DNA of 64,000 nucleotides, taken from Sphingomonadaceae bacterium (lineage in GTDB: Bacteria; Pseudomonadota; Alphaproteobacteria; Sphingomonadales; Sphingomonadaceae). The DNA is taken from NCBI GenBank assembly GCA_031421275.1, contig JANOOK010000012.1:7773-71772 (forward strand). Direction: 5' to 3'. Positions 47,900-57,608 of the stretch are shown here, one piece after another. The notes beneath the pieces were generated by a model. The model did not search any database. It was not told the DNA's origin and was given only the letters and a program-made list of their open reading frames with translations. Position numbers and translations under genes: made by a program. How positions within the stretch are numbered: the stretch's first letter is position 1; each line of letters starts with the position of its first letter.

Positions 47900-48721
47900 T
47901 CAGACCCGCGCCCGCATCGCCGTGCCGAGCGCCGCGCCGTCGCCGCCCGGGGCCCAGCCGGTCAGCGTCAGCACTTCGACCTCGACCGCGGTGCGCCCGT
48001 CCGCCCCGGCGCGCGCCTCGAACCGCGCCGCCACCTCCGCCAGCACCGCGCGCCGCAGCGGTTCGCGCTGGATCAGAATGTTGCCCTCGGCCATGCCGTG
48101 CAGGTCGGCGAGCGCGCGGGCCGCGCTGGCATAGCGCAAGGTCAGCGTCGCGACGTCGACCACCGGCATGACGAAGCCGGCGCGCTGGAGCAGGCCCGCC
48201 GCCGCCTGCACGTCGACCATCGGCGACACCCGCGCCGCGACCCGCCCGGTCAACGCGCTCTCGGCCTCGATCAGGTCGCGGCGCAGCTCGCCCAGGCTGA
48301 CGCCGCCGAACAGCGCGGCGATGAACAGCCCGCCGGGTTGCAGCGCGCGCCGCACCTGGATCAGCGCGCCGGGCAGGTCGTTGACGCCGTGCAGCGCCAG
48401 CGCCGAGACGACGACGTCGAAGCTGGCGTCGGCGAACGGCAGCCGGTCCTCGTCGGCGACGACCGCGGGCGCACCGGCGGCAGCGGCGAACGCCAGCGCC
48501 GGATCGAGCGCCACCGACCATACCGCGAAGCCCTCGACCCGCGCGTCGTGGCAGCCGAGATCGAGCCCGCAGGCGAACCCGGTGCCAAGCTCGGCGACGC
48601 GTTCGGCCAAATCGGCGGCGACACTGCGCTTGAGGAAAGCGTGCTCGCCGAAGTTTGCGGCAGCGCGGGCGCGGCACCGGCGGCGGGCACCGCGATCGAA
48701 GGGCTCGGCGGGGTCGGACAT
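47900..48721 (-). CDS. SAM-dependent methyltransferase (BioC/NDUFAF5-like)
   Basis: LDLGCH, VADEDRLPFADASFD, LHGVNDLPGAL, RVSPM, LLQRAGF; divergent from comF. Confidence 0.85.
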   Translation of the reverse strand: MSDPAEPFDRGARRRCRARAAANFGEHAFLKRSVAADLAERVAELGTGFACGLDLGCHDARVEGFAVWSVALDPALAFAAAAGAPAVVADEDRLPFADASFDVVVSALALHGVNDLPGALIQVRRALQPGGLFIAALFGGVSLGELRRDLIEAESALTGRVAARVSPMVDVQAAAGLLQRAGFVMPVVDVATLTLRYASAARALADLHGMAEGNILIQREPLRRAVLAEVAARFEARAGADGRTAVEVEVLTLTGWAPGGDGAALGTAMRARV

Positions 48722-48778
48722 GATGCCCCGCGTCATGCCGGGCTGACGCGGCGCTGCCAAGCGCCTAAGCTGCGGCGA

Positions 48779-49555
48779 ATGAGCGGTACTCTCACACGCG
48801 GAAGCTTTGCGCTCGGACGTGCCGCACACCACGGTGCCCGCGTCCTCAATTGGTTCTTCGACGTGCTGCTGCCGCCGCGCTGCCCGGCGTGCCGGACGGT
48901 GGTCGCGGTCGTCGGCAGCTTTTGCGGTGACTGCTGGAGCGAGCTGCGCTTCATCACCGCGCCGCTCTGCGGGCGCTGCGGGGTGCCCTTCGAGGTCGAC
49001 CACGGCCCCGGCGCGACCTGCGGCGCGTGCCTGCTGCGCCCCCCCCGCTATACCGCCGCCCGCGCCGCGCTGGTCTATCACGGCAGCGCGCGGAAAGTGC
49101 TGCTCGGCTTCAAGCATAGCGACCGCGATCACCTGGCGCGGTTGATGGCCCCGCAGATGATCCGCGCCGCGGGCGACTGGCTGACCCCCGAGGCGGTGCT
49201 GGTGCCGGTGCCGCTGCACCGCTGGCGGCTGCTGAAGCGCGGCTACAACCAGGCCGCGCTGCTCGCGGCATCGATCGCCCGGCGCAGCGTCACGCCGCTT
49301 GCGGTCGATGCGCTCGAACGCAGCCGCGCCACCGCGATGAGCAAGGGCATGACGCGCACCCAGCGTGCCACCAACGTCCGCGGCGCGTTCCGGGTCGCGC
49401 ATCCCGAACAGGTGGCGGGGCGCAGCGTCATCCTGATCGACGACGTGCTGACCACCGGCGCGACGGTCGAGGCCTGCGCCCGCGTGCTGCGTCGCGCCGG
49501 GGCTGCACGCGTGCTCGTGCTGACCTGGGCGCGGGTTGTACGTGACGGGCGTTGA
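48779..49555 (+). CDS. ComF family protein (double zinc ribbon + phosphoribosyltransferase)
   Basis: Four CxxC motifs, VPVPLH, RGYNQA, LIDDVLTTGAT. Confidence 0.92.
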   Translation: MSGTLTRGSFALGRAAHHGARVLNWFFDVLLPPRCPACRTVVAVVGSFCGDCWSELRFITAPLCGRCGVPFEVDHGPGATCGACLLRPPRYTAARAALVYHGSARKVLLGFKHSDRDHLARLMAPQMIRAAGDWLTPEAVLVPVPLHRWRLLKRGYNQAALLAASIARRSVTPLAVDALERSRATAMSKGMTRTQRATNVRGAFRVAHPEQVAGRSVILIDDVLTTGATVEACARVLRRAGAARVLVLTWARVVRDGR

Positions 49556-49591
49556 CGACATATTGTTGCTATCATTGTCGGAAGGTAGGTC

Positions 49592-49849
49592 GTGGCCCGC
49601 GTCGAAATCTATACCAAGTTCCTGTGCCCCTATTGCGCGCGCGCCAAGGCGCTGCTCAAGGCCAAAGGTGCCCAGTTCGAGGAGCACGACATCAGCATGG
49701 GCGGCCCCGACCGCACCCGCATGATCGAGCGCGCCGGCGGGCGCACCACCGTGCCGCAGATTTTCATCGACGACCGCGCCATCGGCGGCAGCGACGACCT
49801 CGACGCGCTCGACCGGCGGGGCGAGTTGGATGCGCTGCTCGCAGCGTGA
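49592..49849 (+). CDS. grxC: Glutaredoxin 3
   Basis: CPYC, TVPQIFI, IGGSDDL. Confidence 0.95.
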   Translation: MARVEIYTKFLCPYCARAKALLKAKGAQFEEHDISMGGPDRTRMIERAGGRTTVPQIFIDDRAIGGSDDLDALDRRGELDALLAA

Positions 49850-50676
49850 CGACGCTGAACGTCGGCCTGCTCCAGACCACCACCGGCATCGATCCGGGGG
49901 CGAGTGCGCTGACGCTGGTCGCTGGGATCGCGGCGCTGGCAGCCCAAGGCGCGCAGCTGATCTTCACCCCCGAGATGAGCGGCGTGCTCGACCGCGACCG
50001 GGCGCGCGCGGCATCGTCGGTGACGACTGAGGCGGCGGACGTGGTGCTCGCCGCGGTGCGCGCCGCAGCCGCCGCACATCGCGTCTGGGTCCAGCTCGGC
50101 TCGCTCGCGCTGCGCGCCGAAAGCGGCGAGCGGCTCGTCAACCGCGCCTTCCTGATCGACGATCACGGCGACATCCGCGCGCGCTACGACAAGCTGCACC
50201 TGTTCGACGTCGACCTGCCCGGCGGCGAGCGCTACCGCGAGTCGGCGAGCTATGCGGCGGGCGAGCATGCGGTCGTCGCCGCCACACCGTGGGGCGCGCT
50301 CGGCCTGACGATCTGCTACGACCTGCGCTTCCCGGCGCTGTACGGGGCGCTGGCCCACGCCGGGGCCGCGCTGATCGCAGTACCCGCCGCCTTCACGCAG
50401 CCGACCGGAGCCGCGCACTGGCACGTGCTGCTCCGCGCCCGCGCTATCGAGACCGGCTGCTTCATCATTGCCGCGGCGCAGACCGGTGAGCATGCCGACG
50501 GCCGCCGTACCTATGGGCACAGCCTCGTCGTCGACCCCTGGGGCCGCGTGGTGCTCGATATGGGCGAAGCGCCCGGCGCGGCAATCTGCACGATCGACCT
50601 CGCCGACGTCGCCGCGACCCGCGCGCGGATCCCGTCGCTGGCGCACAGCCGCGCGATCGAACTGGCGTCGGCATGA
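49846..50676 (+). CDS. Carbon-nitrogen hydrolase (Nit1 / deaminated glutathione amidase-like)
   Basis: FTPE, YDKLHLFDV, ICYDLRFP triad motifs; AHWHVLLRARAIE. Confidence 0.92.
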   Translation: MTTLNVGLLQTTTGIDPGASALTLVAGIAALAAQGAQLIFTPEMSGVLDRDRARAASSVTTEAADVVLAAVRAAAAAHRVWVQLGSLALRAESGERLVNRAFLIDDHGDIRARYDKLHLFDVDLPGGERYRESASYAAGEHAVVAATPWGALGLTICYDLRFPALYGALAHAGAALIAVPAAFTQPTGAAHWHVLLRARAIETGCFIIAAAQTGEHADGRRTYGHSLVVDPWGRVVLDMGEAPGAAICTIDLADVAATRARIPSLAHSRAIELASA

Positions 50677-51176
50677 TCGTCTTCGACCTGCGTTGCGGCG
50701 GGAACCACGTCTTCGAGGCGTGGTTCGGCTCGAGCGGCGACTATGAGGCGCAGGGCGCGCGCGGCCTGATCAGCTGTCCGATCTGCGGCAACGGCGACGT
50801 CGTCAAGGCGGCGATGGCCCCGGCGGTCCCGCTCAAGAGCAACCGGCGCGCCGACCGGGGCAAGCGCGCTGCGGCGGAGGGCAGCGAAGGTCCGGCGGTG
50901 AGGACCGGCGATGACCCGGTCGGTCCGGGCGAGCCGACGCCCGCCGAGACCAAGGCGATGCTGAGCGCGCTGGCCGCCGCGCAGGCGCATGTCGAGGCGA
51001 ACTGCGACTATGTCGGGGACCGCTTCGCCGCGACGGCGCGCGCCATCCACGACGGCGACGCGGCACCGCGCGGCATCTTCGGCGAAGCGACGCGCGCCGA
51101 AGCCGCGACCTTGCGCGCCGACGGCATCCCGGTCGCCTCGTTACCGTTCCGCTCGCGGCGGACGAGCGACGCCTGA
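50673..51176 (+). CDS. DUF1178 family protein
   Basis: MIVFDLRC..H.FEAWF.SS, CPICG, KAAMAP, YVGDRFA, IFGEA. Confidence 0.9.
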   Translation: MIVFDLRCGGNHVFEAWFGSSGDYEAQGARGLISCPICGNGDVVKAAMAPAVPLKSNRRADRGKRAAAEGSEGPAVRTGDDPVGPGEPTPAETKAMLSALAAAQAHVEANCDYVGDRFAATARAIHDGDAAPRGIFGEATRAEAATLRADGIPVASLPFRSRRTSDA

Positions 51177-51237
51177 GTTGGCGACGTGTAATTTCGCTTG
51201 AGTTTCACGCCCGACTTGCACACTTCAGCGGCAGCGT

Positions 51238-51314
51238 GCGCCCGTAGCTCAGCCGGATAGAGCGACGGTTTCCTAAACCGCAGGTCGGGGGTTCGATTCC
51301 CTTCGGGCGCACCA
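51238..51314 (+). tRNA. tRNA-Arg(CCT)
   Basis: GCGCCCG/CGGGCGC acceptor stem, D-arm GCTCAGCCGGATAGAGC, anticodon loop TT-CCT-AA, GGTTCGATT T-loop, encoded CCA; 77 nt. Confidence 0.96.
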
Positions 51315-51386
51315 CGCCGTCGCCGGTGGCCATGCCCGATCCCGCGGGACCTCGCGGTATTCCCCTCGGCCTTCGCCGTTTCGATA

Positions 51387-52475
51387 TCAGCCGACCGCTT
51401 CCGGGGCGGCAGCTCGGCGGGCGAACAAAATACTGACCCGCATTCCCCGGCCCGGAGTGGAGCACACGTCGATCTCGGCCTTGGCGTTTTGTTGGAGCGA
51501 CCGCACGATCACGGCGCTGAGCTTACCCGGCTCTGGCCACGTCATGCCCGCGGGCAATCCCACGCCATCGTCCGAAATCTCGACGCGGCAGCCGGCGTCG
51601 TCGACGAGGCTCGAAAGCATGATGGTGCCGCCGTCCTGATTTACGAAGGCGTGCTTGAGCGCGTTGGTCATGAGTTCGTTGACGACCAAGCCCGCGGGCA
51701 TGGCGACGTTGATCGAGACTGGCCAGGTGTCGACCTTAAGCTCCAGGCGGACCCCTTCATGAGCATGCGCCTGCATCACGGACGATGCAATCTGGCTGAG
51801 ATAGACGCCGAGGTCGACCGCGTCTTCCGCGCCTTTAACCGATAGCAGGTCGTAAAGGATGGCGAGCGCGTTGATCCGGCCGGCAAGGTTGTCGAAGCGG
51901 GCACCCGCTTCGGTGTCACCAAGGTTGCGCGCCTCCATGCGGATCAACGCGGTGATCATTTGAAGGTTATTTTTGACGCGGTGCTGCAGTTCGAGAAGTA
52001 GCTCGTCCTTCGATCGTAGCAACTGAGCGTGCTGGTCGTCGTCCGTGCGCCCGGCTTGCCCAGAGCCGGCTAAAGCCACCAGGCGAAAGATTGGGATGCC
52101 GTCATCGTTCTCGATCGTGTTCGACCAGGCATCGACGTCGATGCACCCGTCGTCGCGTTCGATGGTGAACGTCCCGAGATATTTCTCCCCGGTTTGCACG
52201 GCGTCACCCAGAAGCGTGTTGTCATGGCCCGGGGCCGCGACGCCGGGGAGCACAGACCAGCTGCTGCCGTCGATCTGCGCCGCCGACCGTCCGGTGAGGC
52301 GCTCGAACTCGAGGTTGCAATAAGTGATGATATCGGACGGACGCAGCTCGGAGACGGCGATCGCGACCGGAACATGGTCCAGAAACTGTCTGAACCGATC
52401 GCTCTTAAGCGCCTCCGCCAAGGCGGGCGTCGCCAGCAGCTCGTCGATCTGCTCGGACCCCGTATCATCCCCCAT
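51387..52475 (-). CDS. PAS-domain HisKA_2-family sensor histidine kinase (orphan)
   Basis: ELQHRVKNNLQMI H-box, NELMTNALKHAF, DDGVG; no TM segment. Confidence 0.9.
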   Translation of the reverse strand: MGDDTGSEQIDELLATPALAEALKSDRFRQFLDHVPVAIAVSELRPSDIITYCNLEFERLTGRSAAQIDGSSWSVLPGVAAPGHDNTLLGDAVQTGEKYLGTFTIERDDGCIDVDAWSNTIENDDGIPIFRLVALAGSGQAGRTDDDQHAQLLRSKDELLLELQHRVKNNLQMITALIRMEARNLGDTEAGARFDNLAGRINALAILYDLLSVKGAEDAVDLGVYLSQIASSVMQAHAHEGVRLELKVDTWPVSINVAMPAGLVVNELMTNALKHAFVNQDGGTIMLSSLVDDAGCRVEISDDGVGLPAGMTWPEPGKLSAVIVRSLQQNAKAEIDVCSTPGRGMRVSILFARRAAAPEAVG

Positions 52476-52751
52476 CCCTTTAACCCTCCCGATTCGTTCC
52501 CAGCCCAGGCAAGCGCCGCACCAGCCACCGGCAGCACCGTCCGGCGGGTCATCGCCAATTGGTGCAATGGGTGCCGGTCGAGCGGCATCGGCTCGCTTGC
52601 AGTCTCGACCGCCATGCGGCCGGCAAGCCGATTTTGCGGCTGTACCGCATTTGCAGAAACCATTACACATCTTAACACGCTAAGCGTCGTGAACGTTGGG
52701 CGAGGTTCGAAGAAGCCTTCCGGTACGCCACAGAAACAGGGGAGCGTCGCG

Positions 52752-55664
52752 ATGAAAACCAGGGCCAGACTGTTGCGCGTCGTGCTGGCCAGCGCGACAG
52801 TGCTCGGCACCGGCATCGTCATGGTCGCACCGGTTGCCGCGCAGCTTTCGACCGCGACACTGCGCGGCAATATCACGACCGATGGCGCCACCGCGGCACC
52901 CGGCACCGTTGTCGTCGCACGGGACTCGGCGACCGGCTTCACGACGCGCGGCACCGCTGGCGACGGCGGGGCCTATGTGCTGTCGGGACTGCGACCGGGC
53001 AGCTATGAGATCACTTTCAGTGCACTGGGCAATGCCAAGCCGGTCACCCGCGAGCTGACCGTGCTGGTCGGCCAGACCGCGACGCTCGATGTCGCGCTGG
53101 CCGAGTCCGATGTCATTACCGTCACCGCGAGCAACACGCGCGCGGTCGAGGTCAAGACGTCGGAGATCGCCACCAACGTCACCACCCGCCAGATCGAGAA
53201 CCTGCCGCAGAGCAATCGCAATTTCCTGAACTTCGCCGCGCTTGCGCCGGGGATCAAGCTGAACAGCAACCCCAGCAACAACCGCTCGACGATCTCGAGC
53301 GGCGGCGTCAGCCAGGATCCCAACGGCGAAAGCCTCGGCAGCCCGCAGATCAACGTCTTCATCGACGGCGTCAGCCTGAAATCGAACATCCAGCAGGGCG
53401 GCATCGTCGGTCAGGACACGAGCCCCGGCAACCCGTTCCCGCAGCTCGCGGTGCAGGAGTTCCGCGTCCTCACCGGCCAGTTCAAGGCCGAATACGAAGA
53501 CGCCGGCACGTCGATCGTCACCGCCGTCACCAAGAGCGGCGGCAACGCGTTTCACGGCAGTGCCTTCATCGATTACTCGAGCGATGCGTTGCGTTCGAAC
53601 GACTATATCAGTCGCAAGAACGGCACCCCGAAAGCGCCGTTCACGCAGAAGCAATATGGCGGCTCGTTCGGCGGCCCGATCATCGCGAACACGCTCAATT
53701 TCTTTGTCAGCTACGAAGGCAACGACCAGGACAAGTCGAACAGCGTCGTCGTCGGCAACCGGACGCCGGCCAACGTCGCGCGTTTCGGCAAGTACGAAGG
53801 GACCTTCGGCGCACCGTTCCGCGAAAAGCTCGGCTTCGCCAAGCTGCAGTGGCAGCCGACCGACCGCGACATCGTCGAGCTGTCGGGATCGCTGCGGATG
53901 GAGACGCAGATCGCCAGCTTCGGCGGCCAGCGCTCGTTCGAATCCGCCGATAACATCCGCAACGATATCTACACCGGCAATCTGAAGTGGCAGCATACCG
54001 CCGGCAATCTGTTCAACGAGGCGACCGTCGATTACCTCGACAGTACCTTCACGCCGTCGGCGCAGAATCCGACATTAATCGGCCAGAATTTCTTCGGGAC
54101 GATCATCATCGGCGGCTCGAGTTCGGAGCAGCAGGTCAAGCAGAAAGGCCTGACGTTGCGCGACGACGTCACGCTGCGCAACGTCGAGTTCCTCGGTAAT
54201 CACATCTTCAAGGCCGGTGCCAAGGTGTCGTTCCAGGATTACACCGTCGTCGACCAGATCAACGGCAATCCGATCTTCAATTATCAAACCAATGCCGATC
54301 TTAAGGAGGATTTCAGCCAGCCGTTCGAGGCGAAGATCGGCACCGGCAATCCGACGGTCAAGGTCAAGAACACGCAGATCGGCCTGTTCGTCCAGGACGA
54401 CTGGGAGACCGACGACCATCTGACGGTCAATCTCGGCCTGCGCTGGGACGTCGAGACCAACGCCGACAACAACAGCTTCGTCACGCCGCCGGACGCCTTC
54501 GCGGCGCTGCAGGCCCTGGAGACCACGCTGTCGGCGCAGCCGGGCAACTTCTTCCACGCCAATGATTACATCTCGCGGGGTAATAACCGGAAGCCGTTCT
54601 ACGGGGCGTTCGCGCCGCGCGTCGGCTTCAGCTACGACGTCTTCGCCGATCAGCGCACCGTCGTGTTCGGCGGCTTCGGGCGTTATTACGACCGCAACCT
54701 GTTCCGCAACGCCGCCGAGGAGCAACTCTTCCGCAACCAGGTGGTGAGCACCTTCGAGTTCTCGCAGGACGGCCTGCCGCGCAACGGCCAGCCGACGATC
54801 CTGTTCGATCCGAAATATCTGAGCGCCGCCGGGCTGCTCGCGCTGCGCGCCTCGAGCCTCGGCACCAACGGCGAGCTGCGGGCGATCCTCAACAACGCCA
54901 AGCCGCCGCATACCGACCAGGCCTCGGTCGGCGTCCGGCAGAAGCTTGGGGTGTTCAACACGTCGCTGACCTATACGCACATCTGGGGCCGCAACCAGAT
55001 CGGCTACTTTCCCGCCAATCGGACGGTCGGGTACAATGCCGGCGGGTTCAACGATTACATTCCGCTGATCAACGGCTTCGGCAACGTCGTCACGATGTCG
55101 CAGGCGCGCGCGACCAATTTCGACGGCGTCTATGTCAACATCGAGAAGCCGTACACCGCCGCCTCGCCGTGGAACGTCACGCTCGCTTATACCCTGAGCT
55201 TCTCGAGCGAGCGTGGCTATCCGTTCAACTTCGATCACCCCAACATCGCCGCGCAGCCTTATCTGCCGAATTCGGGCAACGAGCGGCACCGCGTCGTGCT
55301 GTCGGGCCTGGCCGATGTCGGGCTCGGCATTCAGGCGTCGACGCTGATTACTGTCGCCTCGGGCACGCCGTTCTTCGTCATCGACGCCAGCAAGGGCTTC
55401 GGCGGCCGCGACATCGTGCTGTCGAACGTCGGCCCGACCGGCTATTTCGCGCAGGTCGACGCGCGGCTGGCGAAGACGGTCAAGATCCGCGGCGTCGGCG
55501 TGCGGCTGCAGGCCGAGGTGTTCAACCTGTTCAACAAGGCCAATTTCCAGGGCTATGACGGCTTCAAGCCGAAGCTGCCCGAGGTCAACGCCAACTTCGG
55601 CCAGCCGAACTTCCTCGCCGGACCGCCGCGCACCTTCCAGTTCGGCGCGCACCTCAGCTTCTGA
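52752..55664 (+). CDS. TonB-dependent receptor (Oar-like, N-terminal carboxypeptidase-regulatory-like domain), probably glycan-importing
   Basis: Signal peptide, GLRPGSY, IENLPQSNRNFLNFAALAPG, NPFPQLAVQEFRV, TKSGGN, PRTFQFGAHLSF; GGGAG SD. Confidence 0.93.
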   Translation: MKTRARLLRVVLASATVLGTGIVMVAPVAAQLSTATLRGNITTDGATAAPGTVVVARDSATGFTTRGTAGDGGAYVLSGLRPGSYEITFSALGNAKPVTRELTVLVGQTATLDVALAESDVITVTASNTRAVEVKTSEIATNVTTRQIENLPQSNRNFLNFAALAPGIKLNSNPSNNRSTISSGGVSQDPNGESLGSPQINVFIDGVSLKSNIQQGGIVGQDTSPGNPFPQLAVQEFRVLTGQFKAEYEDAGTSIVTAVTKSGGNAFHGSAFIDYSSDALRSNDYISRKNGTPKAPFTQKQYGGSFGGPIIANTLNFFVSYEGNDQDKSNSVVVGNRTPANVARFGKYEGTFGAPFREKLGFAKLQWQPTDRDIVELSGSLRMETQIASFGGQRSFESADNIRNDIYTGNLKWQHTAGNLFNEATVDYLDSTFTPSAQNPTLIGQNFFGTIIIGGSSSEQQVKQKGLTLRDDVTLRNVEFLGNHIFKAGAKVSFQDYTVVDQINGNPIFNYQTNADLKEDFSQPFEAKIGTGNPTVKVKNTQIGLFVQDDWETDDHLTVNLGLRWDVETNADNNSFVTPPDAFAALQALETTLSAQPGNFFHANDYISRGNNRKPFYGAFAPRVGFSYDVFADQRTVVFGGFGRYYDRNLFRNAAEEQLFRNQVVSTFEFSQDGLPRNGQPTILFDPKYLSAAGLLALRASSLGTNGELRAILNNAKPPHTDQASVGVRQKLGVFNTSLTYTHIWGRNQIGYFPANRTVGYNAGGFNDYIPLINGFGNVVTMSQARATNFDGVYVNIEKPYTAASPWNVTLAYTLSFSSERGYPFNFDHPNIAAQPYLPNSGNERHRVVLSGLADVGLGIQASTLITVASGTPFFVIDASKGFGGRDIVLSNVGPTGYFAQVDARLAKTVKIRGVGVRLQAEVFNLFNKANFQGYDGFKPKLPEVNANFGQPNFLAGPPRTFQFGAHLSF

Positions 55665-57115
55665 TGCGTGATCTGACCCGCCGCGATGCGCTCGTAGCGC
55701 TCGCGGCAGGTGCAGCGCTCGCAGCTGTCGCACCGAGGGCGGCGACCGCCCGCGCCCGCGACAGCCCCGGCGCGCTTCCGTTACCGGCGCTGTTCGCCGA
55801 CATCGAGGAACGCACGTTCCGCTATTTCTGGGAGACCACCGATCCGGTCACCGGCCTCGCTCCCGACCGCTGGCCCGCTGCCGCGCCGTTCGCCAGCATC
55901 GCCGCGACAGGCTTCGCGCTGACCGCCTACCCGATCGGCGTCACCCGCGGCTGGATCACCCGCGAGGCGGCGCGCGCCCGGACGCTGGCGACGCTGCAAT
56001 TTCTGTGGTCGGCACCGCAGGGCGAAGGCCGCGACGATATCGCCGGCTACAAGGGCTTCTTCTATCATTTCCTCGATCTGCATACCGGGGCTCGCATCGG
56101 TAATTGCGAGCTGTCCTCGGTCGATACGACCCTGCTGCTCGGCGGCATCCTGTTCGCCGCGCAGTGGTTCGACCAGGGTCACCCCGACGAGCGCCGCCTG
56201 CGCGAGTTGGCACAGCAGATCTACGCGCGGGTCGACTGGCGTTGGATGTCGCCGCGGGCACCGCTGATCGCGCAAGGCTGGCGTGCCGAGTCGGGGTTTC
56301 TTGCTTCCGATTGGCAAGGCTACAACGAAGCGATGCTGGTCTATCTGCTGGCGCTTGCAGCTCCGGAGCATCCGGTGGAGCCCGCCGCGTGGACCGCGTG
56401 GTGCGCCACTTATGGCCGCAACTGGCGCGGCACCGGCAGCGCCCGCCAGCTCGCCTTCGGCCCGCAGTTCGGCCACCAATACAGCCACGTCTGGGTCGAC
56501 TTCCGCGGCATTCGTGACGCTGCCATGCGCGCCGCCGACCTCGACTATTTCGAGAACAGCCGCCGGGCGACGGCGGCGCAGCGGGCCTATGCCGTCGCCA
56601 ACCCCTTAAGGTGGGACGGCTACGGCGCGGATATCTGGGGGTTGAGTGCCTGCGATGGTCCCGGCGACGTTTCGCTTCAAACCGCCGACGGCATCTCGCG
56701 GCGTTTCCGGGGTTATTCGGCGCGTGGCCCTGCCAGCCTCCCTGACGGCTTCGACGACGGCACGATCGCGCCGAACGCAGCCGTTGCGTCGCTGCCGTTC
56801 GCGCCCGAGCTCGTGATCCCCGCGACGCAAGCCCTGCACCGCCGGTTCGGCGCGCGCCTCTACGGCCGCTACGGCTTCCTCGATGCCTTCAATCCGAGCT
56901 TCCGGCGGCTCGATGTCCCTTTGAGCAACGGCCGGGTCGATCCAACCAGCGGATGGGTCGCGGACCAGTATCTCGGCATCGATCAGGGGCCGATCCTCGC
57001 GATGATCGCCAACGCCCGGGATGGCTTGGTCTGGCGGACGATGCGGACCAGCGCGGTTGTCCGAACTGGTCTCGCCCGAGCAGATTTCCGCGGGGGCTGG
57101 TTGGCGGTGCAATAA
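55664..57115 (+). CDS. Tat-exported GH144-like (glucoamylase/DUF3131) putative endo-beta-1,2-glucanase
   Basis: TRRDAL Tat signal; SIAATGFAL, GYKGFFYHFLD, ELSSVDT, GYNEAM, FGHQYSH, WGLSACDGP, YLGIDQGPI. Confidence 0.85.
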   Translation: MRDLTRRDALVALAAGAALAAVAPRAATARARDSPGALPLPALFADIEERTFRYFWETTDPVTGLAPDRWPAAAPFASIAATGFALTAYPIGVTRGWITREAARARTLATLQFLWSAPQGEGRDDIAGYKGFFYHFLDLHTGARIGNCELSSVDTTLLLGGILFAAQWFDQGHPDERRLRELAQQIYARVDWRWMSPRAPLIAQGWRAESGFLASDWQGYNEAMLVYLLALAAPEHPVEPAAWTAWCATYGRNWRGTGSARQLAFGPQFGHQYSHVWVDFRGIRDAAMRAADLDYFENSRRATAAQRAYAVANPLRWDGYGADIWGLSACDGPGDVSLQTADGISRRFRGYSARGPASLPDGFDDGTIAPNAAVASLPFAPELVIPATQALHRRFGARLYGRYGFLDAFNPSFRRLDVPLSNGRVDPTSGWVADQYLGIDQGPILAMIANARDGLVWRTMRTSAVVRTGLARADFRGGWLAVQ

Positions 57116-57236
57116 GGCATCGTGGCGGTGTTCAACACTCGCCTCGGCGGGCGCAACCCGGCATCCCCGCATGGCGTATCGACCGGGATCCGCTATCAAC
57201 GGGGCAGTGTCTGCCGAACGCGAGGAGAATAAGCCG

Positions 57237-57608
57237 ATGCATGTCACCCACGACGCTGGCGCACCGGCCCTGCCATCGATCGGATTCGACCAGTTCCTCG
57301 CGGTCGATATCCGGGTCGGGCGCGTGCTGGCGGCCACGTCGCTGCCCGAGTTGCGGCATCCCGCAATACGGCTATCGATCGACTTCGGGCCGACGATCGG
57401 CGTCCGGACCTCGTCGGCGCAGCTTTGCGATCATTACACGCCCGAGACGCTGGTCGGCCGAATGGTCGCCGCGGTGGTCAACTTTCCGCCGCGCCAGATC
57501 GGCAAGGTGATGTCGCAGGTGCTGACGCTCGGCTTTCCCGATGCCGATGGGGCGGTCGTCCTGTTCGCACCCGACCGGGCGGTGCCGCTCGGCAGCCGGC
57601 TGTTCTAG
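57237..57608 (+). CDS. csaA: CsaA-like tRNA-binding protein / export chaperone
   Basis: FLAVDIRVGRV, SSAQL, AVVNFPPRQIG, VLTLGFPD, GSRLF; GAGGAG SD. Confidence 0.88.
   Translation: MHVTHDAGAPALPSIGFDQFLAVDIRVGRVLAATSLPELRHPAIRLSIDFGPTIGVRTSSAQLCDHYTPETLVGRMVAAVVNFPPRQIGKVMSQVLTLGFPDADGAVVLFAPDRAVPLGSRLF

Noticed and set aside
43244-51176. Heparinase-like gene beside purH, and the methyltransferase-comF-grxC-nitrilase-DUF1178 cluster, as novel systems
   Set aside because: Both are widely conserved alphaproteobacterial gene orders and not specific to this window.
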